From: Halocafeteria seosinensis
Taxonomy: Eukaryota
Assembly (NCBI GenBank): GCA_001687465.1
Contig: LVLI01000346.1
Coordinates: 107,486 to 127,485, forward strand
DNA: 20,000 bases
Direction of reading: 5' to 3'
How positions within the stretch are numbered: position 1 is the first letter of the stretch; every line of letters starts with the position of its first letter. This document shows positions 19,288 through 20,000 of the stretch, piece after piece. The notes under the pieces were generated by a model. It was given only the letters and a program-made list of their open reading frames with translations. It was not told the origin of the DNA and made no database searches. Made by a program: the position numbers and the translations under genes.

Positions 19288-19841
19288 TTTCAGGGCATGT
19301 CGGTACACGACAGTTGTAAGTGTAAACGTTTCTCCATGCATGGAAACGACTATGCTTTGAGAATCGCGTACTCTAGAGAGGACGACGTACAGCTGACCGG
19401 CGAAAAGCACCACTGCAGCACGCCCTACGCAAGTGAAGCCCACCCTTCTGCAATGTTTGTCCTTGAGCGTTATGCACGGTAGGGTGGATTGGAAATTGAG
19501 TTCTTTTCATGTTGGGTATATATTATACGTCATTATCGGAGGGAACGGTGGGGAGCTTCGGAAGCAGAACGCTGGTGCCTATGTGTGTGCCTGTTGGAAT
19601 TTCACCCTGGATCAAAGTGTCCCTCATCTCCTGAACTATCAGCCGCGTCCCGTTTGCCAAGCCAGCGTCAGGATAAATGTTCCAAATGAGCACCACAGGC
19701 ACTCCCACCTTAAAATAGAGTATGTGCGGAGGAAGGTGAGGAGATTCAATCGAGTACAACAGACACACACACAAATGTGACAGATAGCCCACCGGCCGGG
19801 AAGTTGACCACATCCTCTTAACGAGGAGCGGTATGCGCACG
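19288..19841 (-). mobile_element. Decayed Helitron RepHel PIF1-type helicase C-terminal fragment
   Basis: Across minus-strand frames: RAHTAPR*EDVVN, then LPG, then SIESPHLPPHILYFKVGVPVVLIWNIYPDAGLANGTRLIV...IQGEIPTGTHIGTSVLLPKL..PSD, then *..MKRTQFPI..TVHNAQGQTLQKGGLHL, a frameshift, and FAGQLYVVLSRV...TTVVYRHAL. Motif order and the terminal TxVVY motif are typical of Helitron helicases. Stops, frameshifts and deletions show it is inactive. Confidence 0.88.
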
Positions 19842-20000
19842 TGTTAAGCAGTGACGGGCCCGCTGTTCCTGCAGCCTTGCTGACATGCGCCGTGAGGGAA
19901 CACAGCACTGGTTAAGCTCAGGAGGCATCGGGGGAGGAGCCATGCCTGCGCCCACAATGTCAGAGGTACCGACAAGGCTCAGTCTGGCAGGAGAAGACCC

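Noticed and set aside
19288..19841. Functional cellular PIF1 helicase gene
   Set aside because: In-frame stops, frameshifts and motif deletions are not explained by introns, and the motif pattern is Helitron-like.
1..20000. tRNA, rRNA, snRNA genes, CRISPR arrays, telomeric or tandem arrays
   Set aside because: None recognised by eye. An Infernal/tRNAscan run would be needed to exclude small ncRNAs in the intergenic gaps.

Overview
Gene-dense eukaryotic DNA, most likely from a flagellated protist (it carries CFAP300 and a Fuzzy-like gene; the lineage cannot be fixed from this window). The standard genetic code and short spliceosomal introns (57-93 nt, one GC-AG) explain the fragmented ORF track. 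Nine protein genes were reconstructed by hand: ALIX/BRO1 (16 exons), an orphan coiled-coil protein, an intronless aldo-keto-reductase-like protein that appears catalytically degenerate, NSE3/MAGE, a GC1-type mitochondrial glutamate carrier, METTL18/Hpm1, a Fuzzy-like longin protein, a Sororin-like protein whose diagnostic motif sits in a 69-nt last exon missing from the ORF track, and CFAP300. The right end holds a decayed Helitron-type PIF1 helicase next to a ~270-bp inverted, ~90%-identical copy of the 3' end of the local Fuzzy-like gene (candidate gene capture). All family calls come from recalled motifs, not from database searches. I see no clearly new multi-gene system. The best leads are the Sororin-like gene, the Helitron/gene-fragment junction, the Fuzzy-like gene and the pseudo-AKR.
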